Below, piece after piece: positions 1-8,448 of a stretch of 64,000 bases of DNA. The position numbers and the translations under genes were made by a program. Source of the DNA: Chlamydiia bacterium. GTDB lineage: Bacteria; Chlamydiota; Chlamydiia; Chlamydiales; Simkaniaceae. The notes under the pieces are model-generated. The model did not search any database, was not told the origin of the DNA, and was given only the letters and a program-made list of their open reading frames with translations. How positions within the stretch are numbered: position 1 is the first letter of the stretch; the number at the start of each line of letters is the position of its first letter. Location of the stretch: NCBI GenBank assembly GCA_030429605.1, contig JAUIEV010000006.1:42154-106153 (forward strand). Direction: 5' to 3'.

Positions 1-1199
1 TTATCTGAACCGGGCTTGTATTCACCAATTCGAATGAGAAGTTCATTTTTCTTATAGTTCGCTAAAACTTCTCGAATTTGCCCAATGAGTTCAAGTTGAG
101 ATGGGTCAACAATTTTGTTGAGAATACGACTTGCAGACGAAAGCACATCAACAGCAGGATAATGGTATTGACGAGCAAGTTCTGCAGAAAGGATGATATG
201 ACCATCAAGAATAGAGCGAACTTCATCTGCCACAGGTTCATTCATGTCATCCCCAGCAACAAGTACTGTATAAAATGCAGTGATCGAGCCTTTATCAGAG
301 TTTCCAGATCGCTCAAGAAGTTTTGGTAGCGTTGCAAAAACAGAGGGGGTGTACCCGGCACGAGCCGGTGGCTCTCCAGCTGCAAGCCCAATTTCCCTGA
401 CTGCTCGAGCGTATCTTGTTACAGAATCCATCATAAGGATAACGCTTTTGCCTTGATCCCTGAAATATTCTGCTATGGCAGTACCAACATACGCCGCATT
501 GAGTCGTAATTGGGCAGATTGATCTGATGTTGAAACAATAATAACAGAGCGAGCAACCCCTTCTGGACCAAGGTCATGTTCGATAAATTCACGGAGCTCA
601 CGTCCCCGCTCACCAATAAGAGCAATCACATTGACATCTGCTCGTGCATATCGAGCAATCATGCCAAGCAGTGTTGACTTACCTCCACCTGCTGCAGCAA
701 AAATACCAACTCTTTGCCCAACACCTGTTGTAAGCACACCATCAATACTCCGAATTCCAGTTGAAAGCGGCGTATCGATCATTTTTCGCTTTAAAGGATC
801 AGGAGGGGGTTGAATCACAGGGTAGTTTTCAGTCACATTCAGAGGACCTTTCGTCTCTTCATCGAGTGGATTGCCGAGACCATTCAGGACTCGTCCGAGA
901 AGCTCAGGACCAACTTTTATGTGAAGAGGCATTCTTGTCGGGATCACTTCAGAAGAAGGGCCGATGCCTGTCATTTCACCTAATGGAGATAAAAAAACCT
1001 CATCTTTGGTAAACCCGACAACCTCTGCAATCAGTGGTTCTCCTTCACGTTTGACAAGGCACACCTCACCCATCTTCACTTGAGGAACAATTGCCTTAAT
1101 AAGCATTCCGACAACTTCAGTAATCCGACCGTGGACAGTCGTCAGTTCAATCTCATCGAGATGGTCGAGTATTTGATCAAAATCTGCGTCATCCGGCAT
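1..1199 (-). CDS. sctN: Type III secretion ATPase SctN (CdsN/YscN/FliI family); 3' end cut by the window edge
   Basis: Reverse-strand translation from the ATG at 1199-1197 reads [31 protein letters not shown]. Walker A is [17 protein letters not shown] and Walker B is [15 protein letters not shown]. The frame stays open to position 1, so it is missing from the ORF track. Confidence 0.95.
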   Translation of the reverse strand, partial: MPDDADFDQILDHLDEIELTTVHGRITEVVGMLIKAIVPQVKMGEVCLVKREGEPLIAEVVGFTKDEVFLSPLGEMTGIGPSSEVIPTRMPLHIKVGPELLGRVLNGLGNPLDEETKGPLNVTENYPVIQPPPDPLKRKMIDTPLSTGIRSIDGVLTTGVGQRVGIFAAAGGGKSTLLGMIARYARADVNVIALIGERGRELREFIEHDLGPEGVARSVIIVSTSDQSAQLRLNAAYVGTAIAEYFRDQGKSVILMMDSVTRYARAVREIGLAAGEPPARAGYTPSVFATLPKLLERSGNSDKGSITAFYTVLVAGDDMNEPVADEVRSILDGHIILSAELARQYHYPAVDVLSSASRILNKIVDPSQLELIGQIREVLANYKKNELLIRIGEYKPGSD

Positions 1200-1215
1200 A
1201 GGAGTATGCCTCCTT

Positions 1216-1866
1216 TTAGATTTGAATGTTGAAGAGCGTTTTCACATCTTCAACAGCCTTTGAAAGAAGGACTGAGGAGTATTCAAGCTCTTGTTGCGCC
1301 TTTGAGATTTTAATCTGAACAAGTAATAAATCACCGGGATTCATTTTCCCTTCTTTATTCAGATTTTTTATCTTATTTTGGGCAGCTTCAAGCTGCACTT
1401 GAGAATCATTCACCATCGATAAAAACCGAGCAATAGGGTTTTGCCTCGACATCATTTTTGGTGGGGCACCAACCTTTACTCCAAGTTTTGTCGCTGCAGA
1501 GCGAATCATTGAATTTGATTCATTCAGTTTATTGCGAAGCAAGTACTTTTGAGATGGCTTGAGTTTTAAGTTTTTTGTCTTAAGCTGAGTTTGAATATCC
1601 CCGAGAACACCAGAGGCTGAGTTCATTTGCTCAGCAACCGTTTCTTCAGTTGGAGGGGCTAACGATTTTTGTCCTCCAGCTAGATCAAAGGGGGTAGGAG
1701 CGGTGCTTCCAGGTTCACCAGGTGCTTTTGGCGCCGTTTTTCCAGTGGTATCCATGTAGGACTGGAAAGACTGATCAGAATTCGGCTCCTCTTTCCCATC
1801 TGGAATAGGTTTTGCCGGCTTGATCCCATCTATTCCTCGTACCCCTTCTGGAAGCTTTTTCTCCAT
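1216..1866 (-). CDS. Hypothetical protein of the T3SS needle operon (occupies the position of chlamydial CT668)
   Basis: 216-aa ORF lying 17 bp upstream of sctN on the same strand. No motif recognised. The assignment rests on gene order only. Confidence 0.7.
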   Translation of the reverse strand: MEKKLPEGVRGIDGIKPAKPIPDGKEEPNSDQSFQSYMDTTGKTAPKAPGEPGSTAPTPFDLAGGQKSLAPPTEETVAEQMNSASGVLGDIQTQLKTKNLKLKPSQKYLLRNKLNESNSMIRSAATKLGVKVGAPPKMMSRQNPIARFLSMVNDSQVQLEAAQNKIKNLNKEGKMNPGDLLLVQIKISKAQQELEYSSVLLSKAVEDVKTLFNIQI

Positions 1867-1881
1867 ACTATATGACTCGTC

Positions 1882-2310
1882 TTATTTCTTTTTTATTTCA
1901 GCTGGTGAAGGTGCTTTTTTGATGAACTTATCAACAAACTGAATCGTTGAATCAGCAACTTCTTTGACATCACCGGTCGCAGCTTTTTCAGCAATTTCCT
2001 TAAGGATTTTCTCGCCTTCATCCATTTTGTTTGGAGTTAAGCTTAAGCTCATTCCTTTAAACGTCATTGCCATTTGATTGTTTGGTTCTTTCTCAAGGAC
2101 TTGATCAAACACGGCAACTGCTTGTGCAAGCTCGAGCTTGTGAAAGTGAAGGTATCCTAAACCAATTCGTGGTAGGCTACTTTCCGGGTTAAGAAGCTGT
2201 GCTCCTTTAAATAGTTTTCGCGCAGAATCTTCATCAGCTTGGTTAACAGCAATGAAGCCAGCTTCAAGAAGTAGCACGAAATGATCTTTATATTGTTCAA
2301 CACTAGACAT
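1882..2310 (-). CDS. cdsG: TPR-like needle-subunit co-chaperone (CdsG/YscG-like)
   Basis: 142 aa with TPR-type repeats (ARKLFKGAQLLNPESSLPRIGLGYLHFHKLELAQAVAVFDQVLEKEPNN). It lies directly after the needle gene, as in the CdsE-CdsF-CdsG order. Confidence 0.7.
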   Translation of the reverse strand: MSSVEQYKDHFVLLLEAGFIAVNQADEDSARKLFKGAQLLNPESSLPRIGLGYLHFHKLELAQAVAVFDQVLEKEPNNQMAMTFKGMSLSLTPNKMDEGEKILKEIAEKAATGDVKEVADSTIQFVDKFIKKAPSPAEIKKK

Positions 2311-2340
2311 TGTATAATCCTTCTTGTTACGAGATCCCTA

Positions 2341-2586
2341 TTAACCAGACTTCTGGTTTCTAACACTGTTATTGATCATCGAATTCACCTGAGAAATAAG
2401 GTTAGAAATCGATTCACCAACCTGTGTTACCTGCGACATACCAAATTGGAGAAGAAGAAACTTACCAGGTGTTGCACTTGAGATGTTACTTGAAAGTGCT
2501 TTTACCTGCTTAATAATCTTGCTTTGGAGAGCAGAGTAACCTTTAATAAGTGAGCTAAAAGAGAGTGATGCCCATCGTTCGTTCAT
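2341..2586 (-). CDS. sctF: T3SS needle filament protein SctF (CdsF/YscF family)
   Basis: 81 aa. The C-terminal half (PGKFLLLQFGMSQVTQVGESISNLISQVNSMINNSVRNQ) follows the YscF/MxiH helix pattern P-x-x-L-L-x-LQ-x-x-M. Flanked by small chaperone-like genes. Confidence 0.8.
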   Translation of the reverse strand: MNERWASLSFSSLIKGYSALQSKIIKQVKALSSNISSATPGKFLLLQFGMSQVTQVGESISNLISQVNSMINNSVRNQKSG

Positions 2587-2600
2587 GATTTACTCCTTTC

Positions 2601-2828
2601 CTATTTGCCAACTTTACTGATAACTTTTTGGAGTGCCGCATACCCATGCATAAGCTCACCTAAGTCATCAAAGCTATCAGATTTACCTTCTCTCAAAGCT
2701 GTTTTTATCTCGTTTAAGCAACGATCAGCAGTTTCGAGAACTTCTTTCTTTTTTGCTGGATCAGCCTTCAATTCCTTTTCAAGATCAAACTCGAAAGGTT
2801 GAGGTTTATGTTTTTCCGCACCTAGCAT
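2601..2828 (-). CDS. cdsE: Small helical needle co-chaperone (CdsE/YscE-like)
   Basis: 75-aa charged helical ORF immediately upstream of sctF. Assigned by gene order. Confidence 0.6.
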   Translation of the reverse strand: MLGAEKHKPQPFEFDLEKELKADPAKKKEVLETADRCLNEIKTALREGKSDSFDDLGELMHGYAALQKVISKVGK

Positions 2829-2891
2829 ACGTACCCTTACTCTGTGGTTTTAATCAGTCAAATCATATGGCTAAAAAAGCCATAGAAAGAT

Positions 2892-4640
2892 TTATTGCTG
2901 ATTGTAGTTAATTTTATATTTTAATCCATCTTTTTCTAAGAAAACATCATTTTGCTCAATCTTAATAATATTCATTCCATCGAGGTCTTCACCTTGGGAA
3001 AGAATTTTTCCGTTGATCACGACAAACTGATTTATGTTTCCTAGTTTAGATGTACCTGTTACCGTATACTTGTCGCTTAAGTCAATATATTCGTTGGTTT
3101 TTTTCGTAAAAATAACAAAACTCTTGACATCACGAACCCCATCGATTCGTTTCAAGCTGTTTTCAAGTGCGCTGTATTGACTCTCTCTTCTTGTTGGAAT
3201 GCGACCGGCAAGCACTATCTCACCGTTTGTAAGTTGGAATGTAACAGTTGAAAATCCTTCTGAAAGGAGAAGTGATTGAATGCGAGTTTGTAGTGTCTGT
3301 TCTACGACAACAGCATTTTTAAGTTTTTCGATGTACGAAAAATTCGTATTCATCCAGTCCTCAAGCTTTCCTGCTTCCTCAGTATTTGCTACATACCCTC
3401 TGAGGACAAAATCACCCGGGTGTGCTGACGTAAGAAATACGCCTCGCCAGTTTGGGTATTTGATAAGCATTGCATTCGTGTTTTCCCATACAAGCTCATC
3501 AATAACAACATTGTCATCAATGCTTCGTACGAAAGGAAGCGTATGCAGAGTATACATCAGCTCTTGGTGGTCAACCTCTGTCATCACGTTTCCAAGGAGA
3601 AAGAGTTTTCCGGTCTTTTCGTTTAACGAGTAGTGTACCTCTGGAAATTTCTCCAGTTTTTCAGCGATTTGTTCTGGAGCAGCGGTTTTTTCCACGATGA
3701 TTTCAGAGTTGCTAAAGAGCGTGATTAAGCCGCCTGTCACAAGAAAGACTGCAGCTAAAAAAGCACCACCAACAGCTATATGGCGAAAAGGAATAATCGT
3801 CGATTTCCAATCATCTTTTTTAGTCGTCGCTTCCTCAACGAGTTCTTCTTCCTCAGGAAGAATCGGAAGCGGTGAGACCACTGTATCCTGGGGAGCTTCT
3901 GTGTCAATGACGACAAGGTGCGTGGTCCCAATAACAATAACATCTTGCCCTTGTAGCTGGACAGGCTCATGAATAAGCCGTCCATTCAGTGCAAGGCCAT
4001 TCCGGCTTTTCATATCTTCAATAACAAGCGCATTGTTTTCATCACAAACAATCCGTGCATGTGCTTTCGAAATGCTCATGTCTTGGAAAACTATATCTGC
4101 GCTGTGAGGATCTTTACCTAAAATATGTGTTGATCCTCGACTTAACGTAAATTCAGCACCAATATTTGGCCCGGAAGAGACTTTCACCATCCATCTCGAT
4201 TTCTCATCACTTGTAAAGGTAAAAGCGTCAAGTCTATCACTCTCATCAAAAATACTATCTGTTGTAGAATGCTCTTCACTGAGATCTTCGTCGTGTGTTT
4301 CTGGTGTTGAGCTTGTAATAGGATCAGTGTGGCTAAATCGGAACCCAACGGTGCCAACCTGGAGTATATCTCCCTCGTTCAGGGGAGTAGGCTCAGTAAT
4401 CTGTGCGCCATTTATTTGAGCAGGATTGACTGCAGAGAGGTTTTCAACAATGAAACCTTCTTCATCTTCTCTACGTACAATGACATGTTTTCTCGATACC
4501 ATCGGATCTTCAATGACCTGAAAGCATACATCAGGATCTCTCCCGAGAATCCACTCATTTCCCTCATCCAAACGGACTATCAGGCCAGGAAATGGCCCTT
4601 CTTCCGCTATCAAAAACCCTTTCATCTCACCCGTCCTCAC
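2892..4640 (-). CDS. sctD: T3SS inner-membrane ring protein SctD (CdsD) with two N-terminal FHA domains
   Basis: 582 aa. Two FHA-like segments are present (ILGRDPDVCFQVIEDPMVSRKHVIV and ILGKDPHSADIVFQDMSISKAHARIV). One TM segment is present (HIAVGGAFLAAVFLVTGGLITLF), followed by a periplasmic C-terminal domain. An FHA-bearing SctD is typical of Chlamydiae. Confidence 0.85.
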   Translation of the reverse strand: MRTGEMKGFLIAEEGPFPGLIVRLDEGNEWILGRDPDVCFQVIEDPMVSRKHVIVRREDEEGFIVENLSAVNPAQINGAQITEPTPLNEGDILQVGTVGFRFSHTDPITSSTPETHDEDLSEEHSTTDSIFDESDRLDAFTFTSDEKSRWMVKVSSGPNIGAEFTLSRGSTHILGKDPHSADIVFQDMSISKAHARIVCDENNALVIEDMKSRNGLALNGRLIHEPVQLQGQDVIVIGTTHLVVIDTEAPQDTVVSPLPILPEEEELVEEATTKKDDWKSTIIPFRHIAVGGAFLAAVFLVTGGLITLFSNSEIIVEKTAAPEQIAEKLEKFPEVHYSLNEKTGKLFLLGNVMTEVDHQELMYTLHTLPFVRSIDDNVVIDELVWENTNAMLIKYPNWRGVFLTSAHPGDFVLRGYVANTEEAGKLEDWMNTNFSYIEKLKNAVVVEQTLQTRIQSLLLSEGFSTVTFQLTNGEIVLAGRIPTRRESQYSALENSLKRIDGVRDVKSFVIFTKKTNEYIDLSDKYTVTGTSKLGNINQFVVINGKILSQGEDLDGMNIIKIEQNDVFLEKDGLKYKINYNQQ

Positions 4641-5053
4641 ATGATTGATACTTTATTGGTAAAAGCATCAATCTGTTCTCTCCAGTACTCCACAAAGTTT
4701 AAGAAATCTTCTAAGTGTTCCTTAAACTCATCGTAATTCACTTCATACGGCATTGCAAAAGACAGTGTCAAGAACTTCTCATCAGGATCAATTCCAATAC
4801 TCGATCCACCCGTGCCCTGGCCTAGAAAATTTGCTTGCATCAAGTGAATAAACAAGTCTTCCTTATCACCTTCCGGAAGTTCAGCAATCCGGCTCCAGAA
4901 TGTAAACCCAGGAGATAACTCAGCAACTGATACGTTGTGTGAGCCAATGATAAGAGGAAACGTATTGGTTTTTTCATCTTTTACTGGCTGCGCCACTTCT
5001 AATGTAGAAGTTAACGTATCTAAAAATTCCTCAACCATTGTCTTTCGACTCAC
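4637..5053 (-). CDS. Class I T3SS chaperone (CesT/SycE fold, Scc4/CT663-like)
   Basis: 138-aa acidic protein upstream of sctD, overlapping it by 4 nt. The pattern (FPLIIGSHNVSVAELSPGFTFWSRIAELP...LMQANFLGQGTGGSSIGIDPDEKFLTLSF) is typical of effector chaperones. The track start is a GTG, and the ATG at 5038 is an alternative. Confidence 0.7.
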   Translation of the reverse strand: MSRKTMVEEFLDTLTSTLEVAQPVKDEKTNTFPLIIGSHNVSVAELSPGFTFWSRIAELPEGDKEDLFIHLMQANFLGQGTGGSSIGIDPDEKFLTLSFAMPYEVNYDEFKEHLEDFLNFVEYWREQIDAFTNKVSIM

Positions 5054-5157
5054 TGAAAACTCTCAAGTTAATATTCTGTAAAGAGGGGCGCGCTCCAAGA
5101 GGCACACGCTCTTATAGGCCTTTCATACGATCTAGGTATCAAAAAATCAAGAGAGAC

Positions 5158-5186
5158 TTGCCTATATATTAAAAAAAAAATAGAAT
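5158..5186 (+). promoter_or_regulatory. Sigma-70/66-type promoter for the 5208 gene (TTGCCT-17-TAGAAT) with an A10 tract in the spacer
   Basis: TTGCCT lies at 5158-5163, the 17-nt spacer contains A10 (5171-5180), and TAGAAT lies at 5181-5186. N8-AGGGAGG follows and doubles as the SD for the ATG at 5208. Confidence 0.5.
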
Positions 5187-5207
5187 AGAACTTAAGGGAG
5201 GTCTGTT

Positions 5208-5639
5208 ATGGCAAATGAATTTGAGAAGATTATGGAGTTTTTCACGCTCCCTGCAGAAGAGAAAGGTGATCATCTAAAGGACGTCTTTGAAGAGTCTATC
5301 GAGTTTTTTGAGAAATTCAAGTACACCATGCAAAATGGAACACCTGAAGAAAAACAAGCTATGCTTGATCAGGTGAAGAAAATGCAAGATAAGCTTCAGG
5401 AAGAAACCTCTAAAGTAAAAGAGCTTACAGGATTGAACGACGAAGAGCTGCAGGCATTTGCGAACAATAAAGCGAATTTCAAAGATGAAGACTGGGAAGT
5501 CATCGAAAGTGCCAAAAATACAATTGGACAGCAAGCGGACGAAATCTCCGGGATACTAGGCACACCAAAGCCGGGAGAGAAAGAAGCGAAAAAATCGACT
5601 GGTCCTAAAAAAAGAAAGAAAAAGTGGGTAAAATCGTAA
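5208..5639 (+). CDS. Hypothetical acidic helical protein with a basic C-terminal tail (PKKRKKKW)
   Basis: 143-aa ORF with a strong SD (AAGGGAGG) 6 nt upstream. No catalytic motif. The C-terminus reads GPKKRKKKWVKS. Confidence 0.8.
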   Translation: MANEFEKIMEFFTLPAEEKGDHLKDVFEESIEFFEKFKYTMQNGTPEEKQAMLDQVKKMQDKLQEETSKVKELTGLNDEELQAFANNKANFKDEDWEVIESAKNTIGQQADEISGILGTPKPGEKEAKKSTGPKKRKKKWVKS

Positions 5640-5659
5640 GTCTTAGGCTATAAAAAATA

Positions 5660-5680
5660 CCCCTGTACGGAGTACAGAGG
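5660..5680 (-). terminator. Rho-independent terminator for the 5726-6427 gene
   Basis: Hairpin cccctgtac-gga-gtacagagg. On the minus strand it is followed by a T-run (complement of taaaaaat at 5651-5658). Confidence 0.65.
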
Positions 5681-5725
5681 TATGGATTGTTGAGGACATA
5701 CTGTATTTCTAGAGATACGTGATTC

Positions 5726-6427
5726 TTACGTGTCTCTATTTTCAATTCCTGACGAGGCACCTGGATCACTTAATGAATCCACGCTCATTGAGGTCAGTGT
5801 GCTCATTGCCGAGTTAAGTGTTTTTGATTCACCTTCCGCGTTCTTGGCGAAAGCTTGGTTCGCTTTTGTAAAAGCAGAACCCTCAAGGTTTAAGCCGTCA
5901 AACATGTTTTGAAAAAGTGGGAGCTCTTCTTGCGCCCAGTTTTGGTATGTCGCTGTATTTTTCTTACATCCAGCCTGACCTAAAAACGAATTAATAGCGT
6001 TCGTTATCTCACCATTTGAAGTGGTCTTTCCGTCAGAACGAGTATCTCCCAAGTATGAAATAAGACCTGAAAGTGCAGGATCGATTTTGCTGAGACCGGC
6101 TGCATTTTTCTTGAGGTTTGATAAATAGTCGTTAAGCTCATCCAAAGTAGAGCACCCTTTCACTGAATTATAAATGATCTGCTTTAGGTATGCAGCCTTA
6201 TTCAACTCTGTATGCACGCTGTTTGTAAGCTTGTTACTCTTATCAATTGCTTCAAAAATAGTGAGCATTTTTGAAAGGTGCGCAAGCCATCCCATAGATG
6301 TTGCGCTCACAGCTTTACTTGAAGAAACAGCGCCTTTTGCTTTAACAAGCTCAAGCTCTGCATTATCTCTTAGTTGTAAAGTCACCTTGAGCACGTCAAG
6401 GTGTGATGATTGTGTTTGTGTTTCCAT
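5726..6427 (-). CDS. Hypothetical hydrophilic helical protein (island gene; candidate T3S substrate)
   Basis: 233 aa. The N-terminus is METQTQSSHLDVLK, with no signal peptide or TM segment. It has its own promoter cassette and terminator. Confidence 0.8.
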   Translation of the reverse strand: METQTQSSHLDVLKVTLQLRDNAELELVKAKGAVSSSKAVSATSMGWLAHLSKMLTIFEAIDKSNKLTNSVHTELNKAAYLKQIIYNSVKGCSTLDELNDYLSNLKKNAAGLSKIDPALSGLISYLGDTRSDGKTTSNGEITNAINSFLGQAGCKKNTATYQNWAQEELPLFQNMFDGLNLEGSAFTKANQAFAKNAEGESKTLNSAMSTLTSMSVDSLSDPGASSGIENRDT

Positions 6428-6508
6428 AACTAACCTTATTACCTTTTATTAAACTCGAAAAGAACAGTTTGCTGTTTTTTTCTGAGAAGCCCATTCTCCC
6501 TATAAATA

Positions 6509-6537
6509 ATTTTAACACATGCGAATTAAAATTTAAA
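6509..6537 (-). promoter_or_regulatory. Promoter cassette (TTTAAA-17-TAAAAT, extended TG) for the 5726-6427 gene
   Basis: The minus strand reads TTTAAA (6537-6532), a 17-nt spacer, then TGtTAAAAT (-10 at 6514-6509). TATTTAT-AGGGAG follows, the same -10/AGGGA arrangement as the other island promoters. Confidence 0.5.
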
Positions 6538-6765
6538 GTTTTAATTAAAATAATTATCATTATTTACTAACCATCTATAATGAGATAAGTTTTTTTGTAA
6601 CATGCTTATAATAATAGAGATACAATCATTCTCTAGGGTGATGTCAGTAAAAATTTCATTTTTTATAAAAAAAAAGTTGGAAAAAGAGGGGGAATATTCT
6701 ACTCTGATTCTTACTAGTTGCAACATAGCAACTTACAGAACTTCCCTCCAACCCTAATGTCCTCG

Positions 6766-6798
6766 CCCCCTGGAGATTTTTCTCCCGGGGGTTTTTTT
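6766..6798 (+). terminator. Rho-independent terminator with no ORF upstream
   Basis: Hairpin ccccctggaga-tttt-tctcccggggg followed by T7 (6792-6798). The flanks resemble the terminator region after the 6907-8136 gene. Confidence 0.7.
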
Positions 6799-6848
6799 AT
6801 AAATAGCTTATTATGAGTTATTTATGTCCATTGTGTTAAAATAATAAG

Positions 6849-6877
6849 TTTACAAAGAATTGCTGTAATGCTATAAT
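6849..6877 (+). promoter_or_regulatory. Promoter cassette TTTACA-17-TGcTATAAT for the 6907 gene
   Basis: TTTACA lies at 6849-6854, followed by a 17-nt spacer. The extended -10 TGCTATAAT lies at 6869-6877. AAGTGT-AGGGAC follows, then the SD GGGGGA and the ATG at 6907. Confidence 0.6.
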
Positions 6878-6906
6878 AAGTGTAGGGACATAATGGGGGA
6901 ATACAT

Positions 6907-8136
6907 ATGACAGACAATCAACTACAAAGCGCAACAGCACAAGTACCAGGAGAAGGGCTTCCACACGGAGAGACTTTAACTATCCTAGGGAAGCTGATTA
7001 GCGTGAATGAAGCACATATTGTAGGCGATGTCAAAAAAACGAATTTCGCGCTTATCGTTATTAATGCGATTGCAAATATCGGTATTGAGCGATTTTCTAG
7101 TAGATTAGAAGACCTTGGTACGTTTCAGGACCAGGTTGCACACGCACAGAGCGCTTTTGGTGACCTTCAGAAAGGGATCGCTGCAGTTGAGCAAAACGCA
7201 TACTGGAATGGAAAGAACGCGGAGTTTTCAAGTGCGTTGTCAACAAGCTCGCTCTCTACATTTGAAAAAGCAGTGTATGGACTCCTTAATGGACAGTCGA
7301 CAAGTGGTTTTACAGCGCAAACACCGAGATGGAATCAAATTACACTGTCTCTTCCACGACCAGGTGGTGGATATGTAGAAATTCAACCATTTACAAAGAA
7401 CGGTGCAGCAAATGGACAAAGCTGGAATGTTATGAATTCTTTCATGACATCACTCAATAACTACGTATTTGGTGGAAGCGGAGCAGGGATACCACTCCCT
7501 TCATCTGTTGCTAAGGGTGCTGCAGGGCAACACATGCCAATATATGCTGCAATGGCTATTTCGAACCTGCAAACAATTATTGATAACCATACATCGTACA
7601 TGGTTGATGCTGCAGGTGACTTTAAAGGGCAGTACGCTACAGAGTTTACAAACGGAACGCTTTTCACACACCTTTTCGGTGCATTTGATGCGAATCCTCC
7701 ACTAGAAGCGATACAAAATATGACGTCGCTTCTACAGTCAAATTATGCACCTAAAGGTGAAACGCTTCTTTCAGTGATTGAAGGAAGTGCATCTGATGGA
7801 TTTAACGGTTCTGACCTACTGAAGCCATTTGCTGATATGGTAGCAGACTTTTTAGAGAAAAAATATGGTACAAAATCAAGTGGTGCTGCACCTTCGTCAG
7901 TGATGCCAAATATCTCTGGCTCAACGAATCAGTACACATCGATCTCTCTTTTTTCGAACATGAATACTTCATCAACGCAGGGTACATCTGAGCTTCAAAC
8001 GCAAACGCAGAAGAACTCGGCAACAGCACAGGTTGATACAACACAAGTAAATTCATACGATTCAATTGGACAGTCAATTGTTACAGCGGTGAAAAAAGCA
8101 CAAACAACGATGATCAACGCACAAACGTCAGCGTAA
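6907..8136 (+). CDS. Hypothetical hydrophilic S/T/Q/N-rich protein (island gene; candidate secreted tip or filament-like protein, or effector)
   Basis: 409 aa with an SD, its own promoter and terminator. Both termini are helical and Q/T-rich (MTDNQLQSATAQVPG... and ...QSIVTAVKKAQTTMINAQTSA). No TM segment, signal peptide or enzyme motif recognised. Confidence 0.85.
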   Translation: MTDNQLQSATAQVPGEGLPHGETLTILGKLISVNEAHIVGDVKKTNFALIVINAIANIGIERFSSRLEDLGTFQDQVAHAQSAFGDLQKGIAAVEQNAYWNGKNAEFSSALSTSSLSTFEKAVYGLLNGQSTSGFTAQTPRWNQITLSLPRPGGGYVEIQPFTKNGAANGQSWNVMNSFMTSLNNYVFGGSGAGIPLPSSVAKGAAGQHMPIYAAMAISNLQTIIDNHTSYMVDAAGDFKGQYATEFTNGTLFTHLFGAFDANPPLEAIQNMTSLLQSNYAPKGETLLSVIEGSASDGFNGSDLLKPFADMVADFLEKKYGTKSSGAAPSSVMPNISGSTNQYTSISLFSNMNTSSTQGTSELQTQTQKNSATAQVDTTQVNSYDSIGQSIVTAVKKAQTTMINAQTSA

Positions 8137-8159
8137 AAATTACTAACCCTATTGTCCCA

Positions 8160-8192
8160 GGCGAGCAACTCTCCCAGTAGCTCGCCTTTTTT
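8160..8192 (+). terminator. Rho-independent terminator of the 6907-8136 gene
   Basis: Hairpin ggcgagc...gctcgcc followed by T6 (8187-8192). Confidence 0.75.
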
Positions 8193-8265
8193 ATATCCTG
8201 CTTATTATTAGTTATTTACATAAATAGTTAAGGGAGAATATTTTAAAAATTTATCAATAAAAATA

Positions 8266-8294
8266 TTGAAAAAGAATGGCTGTACTGCTATAAT
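8266..8294 (+). promoter_or_regulatory. Promoter cassette TTGAAA-17-TGcTATAAT for the 8449 gene
   Basis: TTGAAA lies at 8266-8271, followed by a 17-nt spacer. TGCTATAAT lies at 8286-8294. GATATATA-AGGGAT follows, then a leader of roughly 150 nt. Confidence 0.6.
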
Positions 8295-8448
8295 GATATA
8301 TAAGGGATGCTCTTTGTTGAACAAAGAGAGTAAAAACCGCTTTTTTCAGGTCTACTACTGGGCATTGTTCATGTGAGAAATCACCAGTAGTTCACCTGAG
8401 AGAGCAGGTGGTACAAAAATTAATAATAGTAAAAAGAGGTTAGTTGAA

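Noticed and set aside
6541-6726. 61-aa ORF in the AT-rich intergenic region
   Set aside because: There is no SD, the composition is Asn/Ile/Phe-rich, and it spans promoter-like sequences of the divergent island genes. It is treated as non-coding; see the sRNA/remnant finding.
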